This document shows, in pieces, positions 6,912 to 10,225 of a DNA stretch of 10,225 bases (position 1 is its first letter; each line of letters opens with the position of its first letter). The stretch is from Oligoflexales bacterium (lineage in GTDB: Bacteria > Bdellovibrionota_B > Oligoflexia > Oligoflexales > CAIYRB01): NCBI GenBank assembly GCA_041736175.1, contig JBGSUI010000071.1, positions 1-10,225 of the forward strand. The letters are read 5' to 3'. The notes under the pieces were generated by a model. The model was given only the letters and a program-made list of their open reading frames with translations, had not been told where the DNA came from and did not search any database. The position numbers and the translations under genes are program-made.

Positions 6912-7436
6912 ATGGAAAATTTCTTTAAGTTTTTTGATGACCTATCCGTCGACGAAACTCAATATTGGCGCCTCAAAGTCACTCACCCTCCCCTAGAAAA
7001 ATCAACAACTGGCCAATCCATGGACGATTTTAGGGCAGAATGCTCGGTAAACACGATCGAAGTCCTCTGGCAAAGGCGACGGCACCCGTTTCCATGGGGT
7101 TATCGAGCTTTAGGAGCTTCAGAATGGATCCTGACAAGTACCTCCCAGCTAGAAAAGCAACTCCTAAGCCTAGGAATCTCTAAGGAGCAAATCCTTGTAG
7201 AACTTTCCAGCAACATCATGACCCAGGTGGTCCATGCCCAGATGGTTCTCGATGCCGGAGAAAAACTCCTAGGCAAACAATTAATCCAACAGGCCACCCA
7301 CCAAACCAACGACTTTCTTTCGTCGCTGCAGAAGGTGACCGAATCTCTCCTGGCAACAAGGCCCGGAAGTTCTCAGGAGTCCCCAAAGAATCTCTCTGGC
7401 ACTTCCACGGGAAAACCTCACCTTAAACTAGTATAG
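6912..7436 (+). CDS. Hypothetical protein with a disordered linker and C-terminal KPHLKLV motif (SspB-like tail)
   Basis: The track start is 6855. ATG 6912 (MENFFKFFDD, GGGA upstream) is preferred because 6855 would precede the transcription start predicted from the sigma54 motif. Confidence 0.75.
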   Translation: MENFFKFFDDLSVDETQYWRLKVTHPPLEKSTTGQSMDDFRAECSVNTIEVLWQRRRHPFPWGYRALGASEWILTSTSQLEKQLLSLGISKEQILVELSSNIMTQVVHAQMVLDAGEKLLGKQLIQQATHQTNDFLSSLQKVTESLLATRPGSSQESPKNLSGTSTGKPHLKLV

Positions 7437-7465
7437 GTAGGGGGGCTCGAAGCGGCGAAGAAAGA

Positions 7466-7810
7466 TTAACCAGGGGGCCACCCCAGCCCCCGGCCACCAA
7501 GAATATGGGCATGGAGGTGTTCCACCGACTGGGCACCGTCTCGGCCATTGTTGACCACCACGCGATAACCAGGGCCATCAAGTCCGAGCTGCTGGGCCAC
7601 CTGAGCGACCCGCACAAAAAAGCTTCCCACATCTTCGGGTCGATGATTCTTAAGATCCGCAAACCGGTCTACTTTCTTTTTGGGAATCACTAAGACATGG
7701 ACTGGAGCCTGGGGATTGATATCGTGAAACGCCAGCACCAGGTCGTCTTCATAAACAATCTTGGCTGGAATCTCTTTCGAGATGATTTTATCAAAAATAG
7801 TGGCTGCCAT
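7466..7810 (-). CDS. hinT: Histidine triad nucleotide-binding protein (HINT/PKCI family)
   Basis: TIFDKII..EIPAKIVYEDD, AFHDINPQAPVHVLVIPK, GYRVVVNNG..GAQSV.HLHAHIL (HxHxHxx triad) and terminal WPPG. ATG 7810 has SD AGAGGAG. Confidence 0.95.
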   Translation of the reverse strand: MAATIFDKIISKEIPAKIVYEDDLVLAFHDINPQAPVHVLVIPKKKVDRFADLKNHRPEDVGSFFVRVAQVAQQLGLDGPGYRVVVNNGRDGAQSVEHLHAHILGGRGLGWPPG

Positions 7811-7846
7811 CGCGGCTGATCTCCTCTGGGTCAAGATACTAATGGG

Positions 7847-9232
7847 CTAAAGCCGTTTTTTGATCTCTTGGCCTAGGGACTCAAATCCAGGTTTGCCCAA
7901 CAGACCAAACAAGTTTTTCTTATAGGCTTCCACACCCGGCTGGTCAAAGGCGTTGACACCTAAGAGCGATGCACTGACGGCACAGGAGACCTCAAAGAAT
8001 GCAAACAACGCCCCGATGGCCTCCTCGCCTAACCTTGGAATCGACAACCCTAGGCAGGGCACACCTCCATCAAAATGAGCGATTTTAGTGGCCACAAGGG
8101 CTGCTCGATTGACATCGTCGATCAGGCGCCCCTCAAGGTACCGGAGTTCGTCCGTATTGTCTGTGCTGGCAGGAACCCTTAGGCGCCGTTCAAAGGGCTG
8201 GGCCCCATGACTGTTGAGGTGGCCTGATTCTTCGATCTGCAGGAAGGTTTCTAATAGGTTGCGAACCCCTTCTTGGACATACTGTCCAAGGGAATGGAGA
8301 TCAGTGGTGTAGGTCAAACCGGCAGGAAAAAGCCCCTGGCCTTCTTTGCCCTCGGATTCTCCAAAGAGCTGCTTCCACCATTCGACGATGTTATGGAGCT
8401 TTGGCTCGCCGATGGACATCAACTCCACGCGGGATCCCGCCAGATAGGCTGCGGTCCGATGGACGGCATACTGGATCACAGGATGCTGGGAAAGGTTTGT
8501 CCCGCCTTCGAGAGAAGCAAACACTCGATCGGCACCTTGCATCAGAGGCAGGATATCAAAACCTGCTAGAGCGAGAGGGACCAGTCCAACAGCGGTCAGG
8601 ACAGAGTAGCGCCCACCCACCTGGGGTGGAACTTCAAAAGTCCGGTAGCCCGCTTCAAGGGCTAGTTTTCGCAAGGCTCCGCCCACAGGGTCCGTCGTCG
8701 CTATGATACGGCGAGAACTCTCTGCCTTACCAAACCGCTTTTCCATATAACTACGAATCACCCGAAAGGCAACTGCGGGCTCCGTAGTCGTCCCAGACTT
8801 ACTGATAACGTTGACGATCGGCTGCCGGTCGTCGAGCAGATCCAACACCTCCAAAATCCCTGCTTCGGACAGGTGATGCCCTACATAAACCATCAGCGGA
8901 CGGCGGGGACCACGTCCGGAGCGACCTAAAAAGGGACCGTAGGAATGGGACAGGGCATCACTCACCGCCCGGGTCCCGAGGTAGGAGCCACCTATCCCGA
9001 TCACCACCACAGTATCGCAATAGGTATCAAGTCCATTTACAAAATTTTGGATATCCTGGGCCAGTGCAAAGCCTTCTTTTTTAGGCCAATCGTACCAACC
9101 TACAAATTCATGTCCCCGGCAGGTCCCCTCCTGGACTGCTTTCAGTCCATCTAGGGCCCGAGGCACCAGTTTTTGGGCCTCTACTTTGAGATTTTCCGGG
9201 AAAAATCGGTTTTCAAATTGCACAAGACCCAT
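7847..9232 (-). CDS. pgi: Glucose-6-phosphate isomerase
   Basis: GIGGSYLG, SKSGTTTEP, VGGRYSVLT.VGL, QLFGESEGK, DLHSLGQ and FDQPGVEAYK. ATG 9232 with SD GGAG is preferred over the track start 9271. Confidence 0.97.
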   Translation of the reverse strand: MGLVQFENRFFPENLKVEAQKLVPRALDGLKAVQEGTCRGHEFVGWYDWPKKEGFALAQDIQNFVNGLDTYCDTVVVIGIGGSYLGTRAVSDALSHSYGPFLGRSGRGPRRPLMVYVGHHLSEAGILEVLDLLDDRQPIVNVISKSGTTTEPAVAFRVIRSYMEKRFGKAESSRRIIATTDPVGGALRKLALEAGYRTFEVPPQVGGRYSVLTAVGLVPLALAGFDILPLMQGADRVFASLEGGTNLSQHPVIQYAVHRTAAYLAGSRVELMSIGEPKLHNIVEWWKQLFGESEGKEGQGLFPAGLTYTTDLHSLGQYVQEGVRNLLETFLQIEESGHLNSHGAQPFERRLRVPASTDNTDELRYLEGRLIDDVNRAALVATKIAHFDGGVPCLGLSIPRLGEEAIGALFAFFEVSCAVSASLLGVNAFDQPGVEAYKKNLFGLLGKPGFESLGQEIKKRL

Positions 9233-9251
9233 GGGGTTTCTCCGAAAGGGG

Positions 9252-9278
9252 GACCTTTTTCTTAGCAGCAAAAAGGTC
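9252..9278. promoter_or_regulatory. 9-bp inverted repeat just upstream of pgi
   Basis: GACCTTTTT-cttagcagc-AAAAAGGTC, about 20 bp upstream of the pgi ATG. Confidence 0.4.
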
Positions 9279-9439
9279 TAGGGATTGATCAGCAACCGCA
9301 TATGCCAGTTCTGGTGATACCAGCTCAGGAGCGTCATGGAAAGGGGTGCCTAGATTTTTTGCGTCCACCAAGTATCTATGCACAAGGATTGCTAGAGCCT
9401 AGGGATTCAAAATATCAATTTTTAGTTTTATATCAGCAC

Positions 9440-9471
9440 CCTTTGGGTCTCTCCTATCAGTATCCCAAAGG
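9440..9471. promoter_or_regulatory. 8-bp inverted repeat abutting a sigma54 -24 box
   Basis: CCTTTGGG-N16-CCCAAAGG ends 2 bp before the TGGCGC box. Confidence 0.4.
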
Positions 9472-9473
9472 TA

Positions 9474-9489
9474 TGGCGCGGTCTTTGCA
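9474..9489 (+). promoter_or_regulatory. Sigma54 -24/-12 promoter
   Basis: TGGCGCG-GTCT-TTGCA has exact spacing and lies about 73 bp upstream of ATG 9563. Confidence 0.72.
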
Positions 9490-9562
9490 CAGAGGTCCAT
9501 GAATCTTGTGGTCCCCTCCAAGGGATAATTCCCATGCAACGTCCAATATCAGGGAGTCTAGA

Positions 9563-10225
9563 ATGAAACGAAGGATATCTAAGAATTTTCACATGCTGGT
9601 CTCGTCTGCGGCATTAAGCGCAACGATCACCGCTTGTAAAGTCAACCAAACCTCAAGCGACCTCAATGAGACACAGGCCAAAAACCCGGCTCAAGAAAAC
9701 CTGGATGCCCAGGTACGCTCCTTTACCGCAACCCGGACTGAGCTTAAAAAGCTCAATCAAGTAGGTGCTGACGCCTGTGCGAAAAGAGAGGTTCTTTGGA
9801 AGCAGATTGTTGCCACCAAACAAGCTGATGACCAATTGATTCCCCCAAACGCCGTTTTAGGTGACGCCCTTAAATTTGGCAACGGATCCGTACATCGGTT
9901 TTGGAAGATCTTTAAAGGCTGGACTGCTGAAGGAGACAATTCCGACATCCGCCCCTTTGACACCAAAGAAGATCAGGACAAGTACCTACGTTTAACACAC
10001 CGCTACGGTGTGCTTGCCAAGATGAGGTTTGTGGTCGACCCTCAAGTGGTCAAAGAGATGGGTTATACAGGTCAGTATGCCACAGGCAACGATTGTATCC
10101 TAGGAAGGCTCTCCAGTGCCGTGCCCATGGGAGTCGCTGATCGCATGACCCCAGCCTTTTCAGGTAAATTTTTCTTAGGCAGTACCGCCGAAAGCCAAAC
10201 GCTTATCACACAGCATGATATCGGT
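9563..10225 (+). CDS. Lipoprotein with a heme catalase-like domain (5' part; runs off the window)
   Basis: Manual translation gives 221 open codons from ATG 9563 (SD AGGGAG). Leader MKRRISKNFHMLVSSAALSATITA-C (lipobox ITAC, Cys25). Motifs RLTHRYGVLAKMRF, YTGQY, ILGRLSSA and TPAFSGKFF parallel the catalase-fold RxxHxKG / G.F / RFS / G.A.KF series. Confidence 0.8.
   Translation, partial: MKRRISKNFHMLVSSAALSATITACKVNQTSSDLNETQAKNPAQENLDAQVRSFTATRTELKKLNQVGADACAKREVLWKQIVATKQADDQLIPPNAVLGDALKFGNGSVHRFWKIFKGWTAEGDNSDIRPFDTKEDQDKYLRLTHRYGVLAKMRFVVDPQVVKEMGYTGQYATGNDCILGRLSSAVPMGVADRMTPAFSGKFFLGSTAESQTLITQHDIG

Noticed and set aside
7437..7465. Expected bidirectional terminator between convergent genes (also 5318-5328)
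   Set aside because: No convincing stem-loop with a U-tract is visible.
5950..9154. Short ORFs antisense to or overlapping the 5329..6291 gene, the 6912 gene, hinT and pgi
   Set aside because: They are shadow frames of better-supported genes.
9291..9307. Sigma54-like motif on the minus strand upstream of pgi (TGGCAT-ATGCGG-TTGCT)
   Set aside because: The spacer is one base too long (GG-N11-GC), and sigma54 does not tolerate altered spacing.
9302..9966. Track ORFs 9302..9502 (+), 9653..9835 (-) and 9757..9966 (-)
   Set aside because: The first spans the promoter elements and has no SD. The other two are antisense to the supported 9563 gene.

Overview
Bacterial chromosomal window. A Bdellovibrionota/Oligoflexia- or myxobacteria-like origin is inferred from a TIGR02266-style PilZ protein and several orphan lipoproteins. 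Housekeeping genes (mltG, a PilZ-domain gene, hinT, pgi) are interspersed with accessory genes: a DUF2007-like protein, a lipoprotein with a ricin-type beta-trefoil fused to an M6-like metalloprotease domain that stops just after its HExxH motif, an orphan lipoprotein and three hypothetical proteins. A further lipoprotein gene at 9563, absent from the ORF track and running off the right edge, encodes a heme catalase-like domain. The clearest unannotated pattern is four correctly spaced sigma54 (-24/-12) promoter motifs on the + strand, one in front of each of the three lipoprotein genes and one in front of a protein ending in an SspB-like ClpX-docking tail. A weaker fifth motif lies on the - strand at the left edge. 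No RNA genes, CRISPR arrays or mobile elements were recognised.
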